From Bacteroidales bacterium (GTDB lineage: Bacteria; Bacteroidota; Bacteroidia; Bacteroidales; GWA2-32-17): a DNA stretch of 64,000 nt. The position numbers were made by a program, and so were the translations under genes. Shown piece after piece: positions 9,739 to 20,800 of this stretch. The DNA lies in contig JABUFC010000001.1 of assembly GCA_013314715.1 (NCBI GenBank), positions 100,511-164,510 on the forward strand, in the 5' to 3' direction. Below the pieces are notes generated by a model, which saw nothing but the letters and a program-made list of their open reading frames with translations, did not search any database and was not told the DNA's origin. Each line of letters begins with the position of its first letter. The stretch's first letter is position 1.

Positions 9739-10161
9739 ATGGAAAAGTTAGTAAAAAAATATACGAATGGTGAAATAACGGTTGTATGGAAACCTCATTT
9801 ATGCGATCACTCGGCTGTATGTATCAGAGAATTGCCCAAAGTATTTGATACTTTTTCGCGACCATGGATTAAAATGGACGCAGCTTCTTCTGAAGAAATA
9901 AAGAAAGTAGTTGACCGATGTCCAACCAAAGCATTAACATGGTTTAAAAATGGTGAAGAAAAAGAAATTAAAAATGAAGTGAGCAACGAAATAGAAAAAA
10001 CAACTATTACCATTGTAAAAAACGGTCCTATTCGAGTATCTGGTAATTTTTTATTAATAAATGAAGATAATGAGGCTGTTGCTTCAGAAGATAAAATATC
10101 GTTATGTAGGTGTGGAAAATCTAATAGAATGCCTTTTTGTGATGGGAGTCATAAATTATAA
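9739..10161 (+). CDS. divergent 4Fe-4S mono-cluster domain fused to a CDGSH iron-sulfur domain
   Basis: 140 aa. The N-terminus ITVVWKPHLCDHSAVCIRELPKVF...RCPTKAL is a DUF1271-like Fe-S domain. The C-terminus has CRCGKSNRMPFCDGSHK, the CDGSH motif. It starts 2 nt after the nitroreductase gene. Confidence 0.75.
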   Translation: MEKLVKKYTNGEITVVWKPHLCDHSAVCIRELPKVFDTFSRPWIKMDAASSEEIKKVVDRCPTKALTWFKNGEEKEIKNEVSNEIEKTTITIVKNGPIRVSGNFLLINEDNEAVASEDKISLCRCGKSNRMPFCDGSHKL

Positions 10162-10193
10162 ATAATTTTATAGCTTTACACCAAATTCGGAGT

Positions 10194-13100
10194 ATGAATT
10201 TGAAACTGATATATACTATTTTTTTGTTTAATATTTCATTTACGCTGTGTTCACAAGTAAACAAATATGGTTATCCTTTTTTAACAAATTATATATCAAG
10301 TGATTATAAATCGTCAAACGAAAATTGGTCGGTTGCTTTAAATAAAAATGGAATTATATATATTGGTAATACTTCTGGTGATATATTAGAATATGACGGT
10401 GTTACATGGAATAAAATAAAAACGATAAAAAACAAGATTATATATGCTTTAGCTACAGATTCTAATGGTATTGTTTATGTTGGTTCAGAGGGCGATTTTG
10501 GTTGTTTATTACCTAATAAACGTGGTGAGTTATTTTATCAATCGTTAGCCTCGGATATAAATGATTCCATTTTAAATGTTCAAACCTTTAGGCAAATATA
10601 CGTAACAAAGAAGCAAGAAGTATATTTTTGCTCCTCAAAATACATTTATGTATTTAGTAAGGGTAAAAAAATTTCTATAAAATTGCCAGAGAATTCTTTA
10701 TTTACATTTTATATTGATGGAAAATTTTATATTTCAAATGCTGACTATGGTTTATTAACATTAGGAAAAAATAATAAAATTGAAAAAATTAAAAATGTTG
10801 AAAGTCTTAAGGAGTCTTTTGTTTATTTGATGTTTAAGATTAAAAAAGACAAAATATTTATTAGTACTGGCGATCGTTTTTATTTTTTCGACCCACAAAA
10901 AAGTGAATTAAAACTTATAGAAGATAACAATTTTGTTAATAATTTTTTATTAAAATCGTTTCCTTATGCTATATCAGAAAGCGAAGAATTATTTTTTTGG
11001 GGAACCATAAAAAGTGGTTTAGCTATTACCAACTCAAAGCTTAATTTTATTCAAACAATAAGTGATTCTATTGGCTTACTTCATAATTCCATAAGTTCTG
11101 TTTTATATAATCCTAACGATCAAACGCTTTGGATTACTTCGTTGGGTGGAGTTAGTAAAATTGAATTAAATCCGTTTAACCGATTTGATGTAAAAAGTGG
11201 TTTAAAGGGAATAATATACAATATTAAACGTTTTAATGGTGTATTATATGTTGCTACCGATAATGGTTTATATAAGCAAATTTTAGAAAATAATTATTCA
11301 AGATTCATTAAAATTAACGATATAGGAAATTATATAACTTCAAGTTTATCAATTATATCTGAAAATAATAACGAAGTTTTATGGGTTGGAACTGAAAAAG
11401 GTTTGTTTGAATTTAATGATGGGAAATTTAAACTTTTATTAAAAGATGTAATAGTTGAAAGTGTTCTGCAATCGGCAAATAAAGATATTGTTTATTTAGG
11501 CACACAAAATGGTTTGGTCGTTGCCCAGCTTAAAAATAAACAATGGGAATTTAATAAAATTAAGGAATTAAAAATTTTCATTAATTCAATTGTTGAAGAT
11601 AATGAGGGGGCGTGTTGGTTCGGCTCAACTAATAATGGTGTATATTCCTTTAATGTGAATAATGGAATTTTAAAACATTATACAACTAAAGATGGCTTAC
11701 CTACATTAAATGATGTTTATATTTTTAAAGTAAACAAAGAAATACTTTTTGCTACATTATTTGGTATTTATTATTATGATCAAATAAAGCAAAAGTTTTT
11801 GCCATATTATAAATTTGGTCATAAGATTACTGAAAATAAACGTAAAGTTATTTTTGCCACTTCTGGTTATAATAATCAAGTATGGCTAAATATTGATAAT
11901 CGTTTATTTTTGTTAAAACCTCATTATAATGAATATCTTATTGATTCAATTAGTTTTAAAAAATTGCCAGAAATGACCATATATTCGCTCTATACAGAAC
12001 CGAATGGGATATGTTGGGTTGCTTCGAGTGAGGGGGTATTTTCATATAATCCTAATACACCCTTCCCGTTTAAAAAGCCTATATGTGTTTTACGACAAGT
12101 AAAGATAAATTCAATTGATTCTGTTATATTTGGTGGATATAATGGTATAAGTCAAAATAAATTAGTATTAGCATATAAACATAATAATTTAATGTTTTCG
12201 TTTGCTTGTCCCTATTTTGTTAATGAAAAACAAAATGAGTATTCGTATATTTTAGAAGGTTTTGATGAGCAATGGTCGATCTGGAGCCATGAAACAAAAG
12301 CTATTTATACCAATATTCCTGAAGGAGAATACGTGTTTAAAGTTAAGGCTCGCAATATTTATTTACAAGAAAGCAATGTGTTTGAATATAAATTTGAAAT
12401 AAGACCTCCATGGTATAGAACTATTTGGGCATACATTTCTTATTTAATTGTAGGCATTTTCTTAATAGTTATTATTATTAAATTATATACTCGTAAACTC
12501 GAAGCAGATAAAATAAGATTGGAAAAGATTGTAGAAGAACGAACGGCCGAAATTGTTAAACAAAAAAACGAAATTGAAGAGAAAAATAAAGTTATTGAAC
12601 AAAAAAATAAAGATATTACCGATAGTATTTATTATGCAAAAAGAATACAGGACTCTATTTTACCATCAATAGAAGCGGCAACAAATGCAGGCGTTGAATT
12701 AGGGGTTTATTTTAAACCTAAAGATATTGTAAGTGGCGATTTTTATTTTATTAGAAATATTAAACAAGCTAGTATTTTAATTGTTGCAGCGGCTGACTGT
12801 ACGGGGCATGGTGTTCCTGGTGCCTTTATGAGTATGTTAGGGTCAAGCTTATTAAACGAAATTATTACTAAACCAGAAATTAACCATACTGATTTAGTTT
12901 TAAATGAACTCAGAAATGGCATAATACAAGCACTTAATCAGGAAGGAAAAGACACTGCTACAAGAGATGGTATGGACATTGCTTTAATTGCTTACGATTA
13001 TAAAAATCAGATACTTGAATTTTCAGGTGCTAATAATCCGCTTTATTTGATTAGAAATAATGAATTAATTGAATATAAACCCGATAAAATGCCGGTAGGG

Positions 13101-13373
13101 TTATATGAAAGAGTGAAAGAATCGTTTTCAAGAATAGAAATAAATGTTGTCAAAAACGATGTGCTTTATATTTTTTCTGATGGTTTTGCCGACCAATTTG
13201 GTGGACCTAATGGAAAAAAATACATGTATAAACGCTTTAAAGATTTTTTATTGTCTATACATCATTTACCGATGAATGATCAAGCTAAACTCTTAGAAAA
13301 TGAAATTCTTCAATGGCGAGGAGCGATAGAACAAATAGATGATCATATTGTTATTGGTATTCGAATAGTATAG
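10194..13373 (+). CDS. periplasmic beta-propeller/Y_Y_Y sensor fused to a PP2C (SpoIIE-type) phosphatase
   Basis: 1059 aa. A signal peptide is followed by about 700 aa of repeated propeller-like units. Next come a Y_Y_Y-like segment (YSYILEGFDEQWS...GEYVFKVKARN) and one TM helix (IWAYISYLIVGIFLIVIIII). A coiled coil and a SpoIIE/PP2C domain (SGDFYF...AADCTGHGVPGA...SDGFADQFGG) complete it. Confidence 0.8.
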   Translation: MNLKLIYTIFLFNISFTLCSQVNKYGYPFLTNYISSDYKSSNENWSVALNKNGIIYIGNTSGDILEYDGVTWNKIKTIKNKIIYALATDSNGIVYVGSEGDFGCLLPNKRGELFYQSLASDINDSILNVQTFRQIYVTKKQEVYFCSSKYIYVFSKGKKISIKLPENSLFTFYIDGKFYISNADYGLLTLGKNNKIEKIKNVESLKESFVYLMFKIKKDKIFISTGDRFYFFDPQKSELKLIEDNNFVNNFLLKSFPYAISESEELFFWGTIKSGLAITNSKLNFIQTISDSIGLLHNSISSVLYNPNDQTLWITSLGGVSKIELNPFNRFDVKSGLKGIIYNIKRFNGVLYVATDNGLYKQILENNYSRFIKINDIGNYITSSLSIISENNNEVLWVGTEKGLFEFNDGKFKLLLKDVIVESVLQSANKDIVYLGTQNGLVVAQLKNKQWEFNKIKELKIFINSIVEDNEGACWFGSTNNGVYSFNVNNGILKHYTTKDGLPTLNDVYIFKVNKEILFATLFGIYYYDQIKQKFLPYYKFGHKITENKRKVIFATSGYNNQVWLNIDNRLFLLKPHYNEYLIDSISFKKLPEMTIYSLYTEPNGICWVASSEGVFSYNPNTPFPFKKPICVLRQVKINSIDSVIFGGYNGISQNKLVLAYKHNNLMFSFACPYFVNEKQNEYSYILEGFDEQWSIWSHETKAIYTNIPEGEYVFKVKARNIYLQESNVFEYKFEIRPPWYRTIWAYISYLIVGIFLIVIIIKLYTRKLEADKIRLEKIVEERTAEIVKQKNEIEEKNKVIEQKNKDITDSIYYAKRIQDSILPSIEAATNAGVELGVYFKPKDIVSGDFYFIRNIKQASILIVAAADCTGHGVPGAFMSMLGSSLLNEIITKPEINHTDLVLNELRNGIIQALNQEGKDTATRDGMDIALIAYDYKNQILEFSGANNPLYLIRNNELIEYKPDKMPVGLYERVKESFSRIEINVVKNDVLYIFSDGFADQFGGPNGKKYMYKRFKDFLLSIHHLPMNDQAKLLENEILQWRGAIEQIDDHIVIGIRIV

Positions 13374-13376
13374 CTT

Positions 13377-15422
13377 TTATTCAGGATAAGTAATCCGTGA
13401 ATGGTATATATTGCGAAGACGTTTCTTAAATATTTCCTTTGTTATACTGAGTTCTTGTAAAGTAATAGGTGCATTGTCGAGTTGATGTTCATTCAGTTTA
13501 TTTTCAATTATTGCATTTATTGTTTTTTCCAACGATTCATCGCTGAAATCTTTTAAACTATGTGAAGCAGCTTCGACCGAATCGGCTAACATAACTACTG
13601 CTGTTTCTTTAGTTGAAGGTATTTTTCCTTTATATTTAAAAGAATCTTGGTTAATAACTTCGCCAGGATGTTCAAGTTTATATGTTCTATAGAAGTAAAG
13701 CATTGTTGATGTTCCGTGATGTGTTTCAATAAAATCGATAATAACTTTTGGGAGTTTGTATTTTTTTGCAAATTCAACTCCATAATTAACATGTCCAGCT
13801 ATGATTTCAATACTTTTATCCATTTGTAAATCTTTATGAGGATTTGGAATATGATGTTGATTCTCAGTAAAGTACTGTGGTAAATAAATTTTACCAATAT
13901 CGTGATATAAGGCACCTGCTCTCACGAGTAAAGAATTTCCACCAATTTTTAAGATTACTTCTTCAGCTAAATTGGCAACCTGTAATGAGTGTTGAAAGGT
14001 GCCTGGCGCTTTTTCGGCTAAAAGTCGTAACAAAGGTTGATTCGTGTCTGATAATTCCATTAAAGTAACATCAGAAATAAAGCCAAATAGTTTCTCGAAA
14101 AGATAAATGAGTGGATAAGCCGATAAAATCATTAAACCATTACCGCCAAACCATGCAAAGGTATTCCAGTCTATTTGATTTATATTTTCAGCCTGAACAA
14201 TAGCAATACCAAAATAAATGATACTATATGTAATAAAAATTACAAAAGCTGCTAAAAACAACTGTCCTCTTCTACGTACATTTGCTAATACAAAAATTGA
14301 GGCTGTTCCTGCCATAAATTGCATAAAAAGAAACTCAAAACTATTGGGTAAAAAGTAAGCTATTATTAACATTGTGATATTATGAATGAATAGTGCTAAA
14401 CGTGAGTCATAAAACGATCGAATAATGATAGGCAGAAGCGTAAAGGGCACTAAATAAATATTAACAGTTTTCCAGCTAGCTACCTTTTCGGCTAACAGAA
14501 TAAATAAAATCATGAGCGAGAGTATAAATGAGGTTTTGGTAAAGTGGGATAGTATATCGCGTCTGAAATGATAAAGAAATAAAAAAATCATAATTAATCC
14601 TAATGCAACTGTTAAAAATTGTCCAATAATTAAATATGGATTGTATGTATTTTTTAGAATTTCATGTTGCATCGATTCTAATATTATATATTTTTTGTTT
14701 GATATGATTTCGCCGTTGCTTATTAGTAAATCACCCTTTTGAATCAAACCTTTTGATTTTGTTATATTTTCAATTTGTTGATTTATAATTTGATTGGTTA
14801 GGGCAGAGTTGTATATTACGTTTGGATTTATGTATTTATCGATATTTAGTTGATTTAGAATTTTGGCATATCTATCTTGTAATGATTGTATGTAACGTTG
14901 TTTAGCTTTTTCTTTCGTAAGAAATGATATATTTAAAAATTCTTCGGTTGAACTATCGGTTTGAATAAAAACAGTTCTTATTTTATTGGTAGGGTTTAAT
15001 AAACTATCATTATCGTTAATAATTCCAGGATGGTAGTACAATTCGAAGAGTTGAGCAAAAGCATTCGATATAAAAATATTTTTATCTTTATATGCTGAAT
15101 CGTTTATAAATAATGAACTAATATCTTTTTGTAATGTTTTTTGTGCTTTTTGAAAAACAATTGTGTCATAACTATAATATAAAGGTGAATTGTTTTTAAT
15201 ACTATCAATTTCTTTATCAATTTCGTTTTTTGTTTTTAATATTGGAAAATCAATGGGAGCGTATAAAGTTTCATACTTCCATGGTTCTCCTTTACGGAAT
15301 TCATATTTAAATCGACTTTGGTGAGGAATAATAAGCAATATTAAAAATATAGTAATAAGAAATAAAATAGTTATTACTACTCGCTTGTAGTTGCTTATGA
15401 TAAAACTAAAAAAGGTTTTCAT
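13377..15422 (-). CDS. 7TM-receptor HDIG-domain phosphohydrolase
   Basis: 681 aa with an extracellular N-terminal domain, a multi-TM core and a C-terminal HD domain (QHSLQVANLAEE...GALYHDIGK). Confidence 0.85.
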   Translation of the reverse strand: MKTFFSFIISNYKRVVITILFLITIFLILLIIPHQSRFKYEFRKGEPWKYETLYAPIDFPILKTKNEIDKEIDSIKNNSPLYYSYDTIVFQKAQKTLQKDISSLFINDSAYKDKNIFISNAFAQLFELYYHPGIINDNDSLLNPTNKIRTVFIQTDSSTEEFLNISFLTKEKAKQRYIQSLQDRYAKILNQLNIDKYINPNVIYNSALTNQIINQQIENITKSKGLIQKGDLLISNGEIISNKKYIILESMQHEILKNTYNPYLIIGQFLTVALGLIMIFLFLYHFRRDILSHFTKTSFILSLMILFILLAEKVASWKTVNIYLVPFTLLPIIIRSFYDSRLALFIHNITMLIIAYFLPNSFEFLFMQFMAGTASIFVLANVRRRGQLFLAAFVIFITYSIIYFGIAIVQAENINQIDWNTFAWFGGNGLMILSAYPLIYLFEKLFGFISDVTLMELSDTNQPLLRLLAEKAPGTFQHSLQVANLAEEVILKIGGNSLLVRAGALYHDIGKIYLPQYFTENQHHIPNPHKDLQMDKSIEIIAGHVNYGVEFAKKYKLPKVIIDFIETHHGTSTMLYFYRTYKLEHPGEVINQDSFKYKGKIPSTKETAVVMLADSVEAASHSLKDFSDESLEKTINAIIENKLNEHQLDNAPITLQELSITKEIFKKRLRNIYHSRITYPE

Positions 15423-15526
15423 TCATTTTGTGTATGATTCTAATGGCAAAGGTATAAAAAAGAATAATAATCTATTTACTCTTATAGACTTAATAAAATA
15501 ACATCTTTTTATCTTATTAAAAAAAA

Positions 15527-17587
15527 TTACTTGGTTTGGTGGAATTTTTGAAGTCCATCATCTAAAAATTGAATAAAAGCTTCAACATCTAGATTGTAAG
15601 CTCTTGGAGGAATAATAAGGTTTCCGGAAGTGTCAAGTAAAACATAGTAAGGTTGTGCATTAACATTAAAACGGGAAATCTGAAAGTCAGCAAATTTTTT
15701 TCCAATCGATGTTTTGGTTTTCCCATCTATTTTTGAAACGATCCAATCTTCTTTGGGTAATTCTGTTTTATCGTCAACATACAGGGCAACAACGATGTAA
15801 TTTTCGCGTAAACGTTTTAATACTCTAGGATCGCTCCATACATTGGCTTCCATTTCGCGGCAATTTACACAACCATGACCTGTAAAGTCGATAAATAAGG
15901 GTTTGTTTTGTTTTTTAGCGCACTGTAAAGCTTGTTCGTAATCGAAATAGCCTTTGAGACCATGCGGTAAATGCAGAAAATCGGCATATTTGGGTTTTTC
16001 GCATAATTCATTATCATGGTTTGAATTATTTATATGGGAAGAGGCATCTATAGTTTCGCGTACTATTTTTTCAAAATCAAAATCCAAGCTATTTTGTGGT
16101 GGTAAATAACCCGATAATGCCTTTAATGGTGCTCCCCACATTCCTGGCAACATGTAAATTACAAAAGAGAAGGTAATGATCGATAGTATTAAACGAGGTA
16201 CTCCAATATGGTTGACATCACTATCGTGTATAAATTTTATTTTTCCTAGTAAATAAAAACCCATAAGTGTAAAAATAACGATCCAGATAGCTAAATAAAT
16301 TTCTCTATCAAGTATTCCCCAGTGATAGGTCTGATCGGCAATACTTAAAAATTTTAAACCTAAAGCAAGTTCAAGAAATCCCAGAACAACTTTAACTGAA
16401 TTGAGCCAGCCTCCCGATTTGGGAAGTTTAGACATGAGTGATGGGAATAAAGCAAAAATAGTAAAAGGTAATGCAAAGGCAAGTGAAAATCCAAACATGC
16501 CAATAATGGGTTCTAATACTTGACCACCAGCCGATTTAACTAATATAGCACCAACAATAGGACCTGTACATGAGAATGAAACAAGTACTAACGTGAATGC
16601 CATAAAAAATGGTCCTAAAAGTCCACCTTTTTCAGCTTTTTGGTCTGACTTATTAACTAGCCATGAAGGAAGAACGATTTCGAACATGCCAAAAAAAGAA
16701 AAAGCAAAAATTAAAAAGATTAAGAAAAAGAAAACATTGGGCAACCAGTGAGTACTCAAAAAATTGGCAAAATTCGCTCCTAAAGTAATGGCTACAATGG
16801 TTCCAATTATGGTATATATTGAAATAATGCTTATTCCATATGCAATAGCTTGAAATTTTGCCTTTCTACGATTTGTGTCGTTGTGCATAAAAAACGAAAC
16901 CGTCATAGGTATCATGGGGAAAACACAAGGAGTTAAAATCGCTGCTAAGCCAGCAAGGAATGAAAATAAAAAAAACAACCAAAGCGAATCATTGTCAGAA
17001 TTTTGTTCATTTTGAACAGGGGTATTGTTATTTTCAATGGAGACGTTTTCTTGCTTCGAAGCTTCATTAGTGTCTATAGGACTAATATTAGAATCGTTAT
17101 TTAGAGCTATATTAGTAGTATCAATGTTAGTTTCATTTTTTTCGGGTTTTATAGGAATGCTAAAATCATATTCTTCCATCACACACATGCCATCTAATAA
17201 ACAGGCCTGGTATTCAATTGAAACGTCGATATTAAAAGCTTCATTGCTTTTTATTTCAATATTTTGGTTAAATATTGCTTCTTTTTCATGATAGCTGCGT
17301 TCTGATTCCATGAGTTCATCGTATTCAACTTTGGGTTTGGGCGACTCGCTTATTCTGCCTTTTAGGATATAGAAATTATTACGTTTAAAATTGAATAATA
17401 GTGGATTTAATTTATCTTTTAGAGTGTAAAAATGCCAGTCTTTTTCGGGTTTTGCTTTAAAAATAATTTGATATTCCTTTTCAGAAATTTTTTTGGTTTC
17501 GTATGTCCATGAAACATGTTTTTTTACTTGCCCATGAGCACTAAAAACTAAAAGAATTGATACAATAGCAAATATTAACGTTCTCAT
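15527..17587 (-). CDS. dsbD: thiol:disulfide interchange protein DsbD-like
   Basis: 686 aa. Signal peptide, N-terminal periplasmic domain and a TM core with CVFPMIP and a second Cys (SFSCTGP). The C-terminus is a thioredoxin fold with GHGCVNC. Confidence 0.88.
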   Translation of the reverse strand: MRTLIFAIVSILLVFSAHGQVKKHVSWTYETKKISEKEYQIIFKAKPEKDWHFYTLKDKLNPLLFNFKRNNFYILKGRISESPKPKVEYDELMESERSYHEKEAIFNQNIEIKSNEAFNIDVSIEYQACLLDGMCVMEEYDFSIPIKPEKNETNIDTTNIALNNDSNISPIDTNEASKQENVSIENNNTPVQNEQNSDNDSLWLFFLFSFLAGLAAILTPCVFPMIPMTVSFFMHNDTNRRKAKFQAIAYGISIISIYTIIGTIVAITLGANFANFLSTHWLPNVFFFLIFLIFAFSFFGMFEIVLPSWLVNKSDQKAEKGGLLGPFFMAFTLVLVSFSCTGPIVGAILVKSAGGQVLEPIIGMFGFSLAFALPFTIFALFPSLMSKLPKSGGWLNSVKVVLGFLELALGLKFLSIADQTYHWGILDREIYLAIWIVIFTLMGFYLLGKIKFIHDSDVNHIGVPRLILSIITFSFVIYMLPGMWGAPLKALSGYLPPQNSLDFDFEKIVRETIDASSHINNSNHDNELCEKPKYADFLHLPHGLKGYFDYEQALQCAKKQNKPLFIDFTGHGCVNCREMEANVWSDPRVLKRLRENYIVVALYVDDKTELPKEDWIVSKIDGKTKTSIGKKFADFQISRFNVNAQPYYVLLDTSGNLIIPPRAYNLDVEAFIQFLDDGLQKFHQTK

Positions 17588-17607
17588 GTATTATTTTTTT
17601 AAACATG

Positions 17608-17615
17608 CAAATATA
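17608..17615 (-). promoter_or_regulatory. -7 box TAtaTTTG (minus strand) for dsbD
   Basis: Plus-strand caaatata is the reverse complement of TATATTTG, about 21 nt upstream of the dsbD ATG at 17587. Confidence 0.45.
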
Positions 17616-17725
17616 TACATATTTTATCTTAAATCGTTTTAGGCGAATTAAAAAAAAAGTTAATTAGAACTTTTGAAGTTTCAAAAAAAATAATTAAAAA
17701 ATTTTGTATTTTCATCATATAAATA

Positions 17726-17733
17726 TATATTTG
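17726..17733 (+). promoter_or_regulatory. -7 box TAtaTTTG upstream of the adhesin gene
   Basis: Exact TAnnTTTG match. It implies a 5' leader of about 145 nt before the ATG at 17887. Confidence 0.4.
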
Positions 17734-17886
17734 TGCAAATATGTATAAATTAAACGGTATGAAATAGCCATGAGAATAAATTCACAGCAACCGAAAATGA
17801 AATTATCACTCACAAATAAGCCTTGCTCTTTATTCGAATGGCGTATTCCATGTGACCTTAATTTAAAAATTAAAAAATAATTACAC

Positions 17887-20800
17887 ATGAAAAAAAGCAT
17901 TTTTTTCTTATTATTGAATTTTACCTTTATGGTTTCTTACGCACAGTTTTCTATTTATAACATATCAACTGTTTCCAATCCTTCTAATGCTAATCAATTG
18001 GTTGACAAGTTAGTAGGCACTGGTGTTACTTATTCTAATGCCACATTTTCTGGAAGCACTGCAGGAACTCAATCGGGTAATGCTGGTTTTTTTAGTGGGG
18101 GAAGTTCTTCTATTGGGATATCAAATGGAATTGTTATTTCAACGGGTAATGTTGGAAGTACAACGTGGGATTATAATAATGGTGTTTGGATTCAGTATTT
18201 TAATAATGCAACAATAACTGGTTCAAATACATATTTTGGACTATCAACAGTAACAGGCACGGGTGATGATGCTACTTTGCATTCAATTGTTAATGCTAAT
18301 ACTTTTGATAAAGCTGTGTTAGAGTTTGATTTTGTGCCCGAATCAAATTATATTCAATTTCGATATGTTTTTGCTTCTGAAGAATATAATGAATGGGTAA
18401 ATAATATTTATAATGACGTTTTTGGTTTCTTTGTTACCAGTTTAGAGGCTGATGGTTATAATTATAGTAATAAAAATATAGCTATAGTTCCAGGAACACC
18501 TAATACTGCAGTAGCCATAAATACCATCAATAATGGACCTTGTCCTGATCCAAATAACCAACCATGGGGTAATTCTAATGGTACATGTACCAATTGTGCT
18601 TATTTTATTGATAATACTTATAATGTTAGACAAACTGAGTTTGATGGACTTACAACCGTATTAACAGCTTCATGTTATGTAACTCCATGTAAACAATATC
18701 ATATGAAAATTGCTATTGCTGATGTTACAGATCCTTATTATGATTCTGGTGTATTTTTAGAAGAAAATAGTTTTATTAGCCCTATTGTGAATCAAATATC
18801 ATACACTACCTCAAATCCAACGGCCGGTGGAGGGACCAATATGGTAGAAGGTTGCAGTAATGGTACGCTTACTTTTTCGTTAAGTTCTGCAACGCCAATG
18901 AACAGAAATGTGCCATTTACATTAGGTGGTAGTGCACAATTTGGAGTTGATTATTACACAATTCCCGATATATCGGGGTCATATACTCCGCCTAACAATT
19001 ATTATGTTACTATTCCTGCTGGACAACAAACAACTACGCTATCGATAGTACCGGTTCAAGATGGTAGTATTGAAGCCACTGAAAATATTGATTTCGGCAT
19101 TCAAACCAATTTATGCGGAACACCAATAATCAATTCGGGTACCGTTTATATTTTAGACAATTCTACACCTTTCTCCAGTTCGCTTCCACCAACGGTTGAT
19201 ATTTGCAATGGCAGTTCCACTACTTTAAATGCAACCATTAACGGTGGACAAACTCCTTTTACATATAGCTGGAACTCTGGACATACAACGAATCCTATAA
19301 ACGTAAACCCTGGCTCAACAACTACATATATGGTTACTATAACCGATGCTTGTGGTTTAACCACTACAGCATCTTCTACTGTGAATGTGAATCCTGTTCC
19401 GTCGGCAATTCCATCGGTTACTACACAATCTATTTGTAGTGGAACAGCCACTAACATTACTATAGGTTCTAATGTCTCTGGAGCTGATTTTTCATGGATA
19501 GCAACTCCTAGTGGGAATATTACAGGTTATGCCAATGGTACGGGCAGTTTAATACAACAAACACTTGTTAATAGTGATGCAACCGCGGGTACGGTTACAT
19601 ATTCTATTCAAGCTACGGCTAATGGTTGTACAGGAAGCACTGCTAACGTTGTTGTAACCGTCAATCCATCGCCCACAATTACTTCTGTTGATGTAGTAAA
19701 TAACTCTGTTTGTATTGGCACACCCGATGGACAAATAACTATTAATGCGAATGGTGGTACAGCTCCACTTAGCTATTCTTTGGATGGAGGAACTTTACAG
19801 GCTAATAATGTGTTTACACAAATTGGAACAGGTAGCCATAATGCATTGGTTCAAGATGCAAACGGTTGTCAAGCAACTTATAATAATATTCAAGTGAATG
19901 GAACAAGCGGACCGATAATAAATCAAGTTCAAACTACCGATCTTGCTTGTTATGGCATTAATACAGGTGTGATTACAATTGATGCAACCGGCGCTGTTCA
20001 GTACAGTATTGATAATGGTACAAATTGGCAAGTGTCAAATACATTTACTAATTTAGCTGCAGGAACTTATGCCATATTAGTTCAAGATGCTGGTCAATGT
20101 AATACTCCTTCATTAGCTGTAATACAATCACCTTCTGAAATTATGGCTAATTTTGTTAATCAAGATGAATTTTGTGGTACGCCTGGTAGTTCGCACATTG
20201 TAGTTAGTGGCGGAACACCGGGTTATTCTTATTTATGGTCAAATGGCTCAACACTTGATTCTATTTTTAATATAACTGGTGGTTCGTATTCAGTAACAGT
20301 TACTGATGCTAATAATTGTACCAAAGTATTTAATACAATAGTAGGTTCAGTTCCAGCTCCAATCATTAATGTAATCAATTCTACTAACGTATCTTGTTTT
20401 AATGGTGCCAATGGTTCAATAACAATACAAGCAACAGGTGCTCAATTTTATAGCATTGATAATGGTAATACATGGTCTTCTAACGCTGTTTTTAATAATT
20501 TACCTACTGGTACTTATCAAGTTATTGTGCGTGATGCCAATGGATGTACGGATTATGATGTTATTACCTTAACATCGCCATCAGCAATGACTGCTGAAAT
20601 AACTGCCGATCCTGAAGTCTGTGGTGCTCCCGGTGGTGCTTCTGTTAATATTACCGGTGGTACCGCTCCTTATACTTACTTATGGACAACAGGCGATACT
20701 ACTTCAGCTATTCATGGCATTTACCATGGAAACTATACCGTTACAGTAACGGATGCTAATGGTTGTACGGCTCAATTCAATGCAAACGTAGCATATCAAG

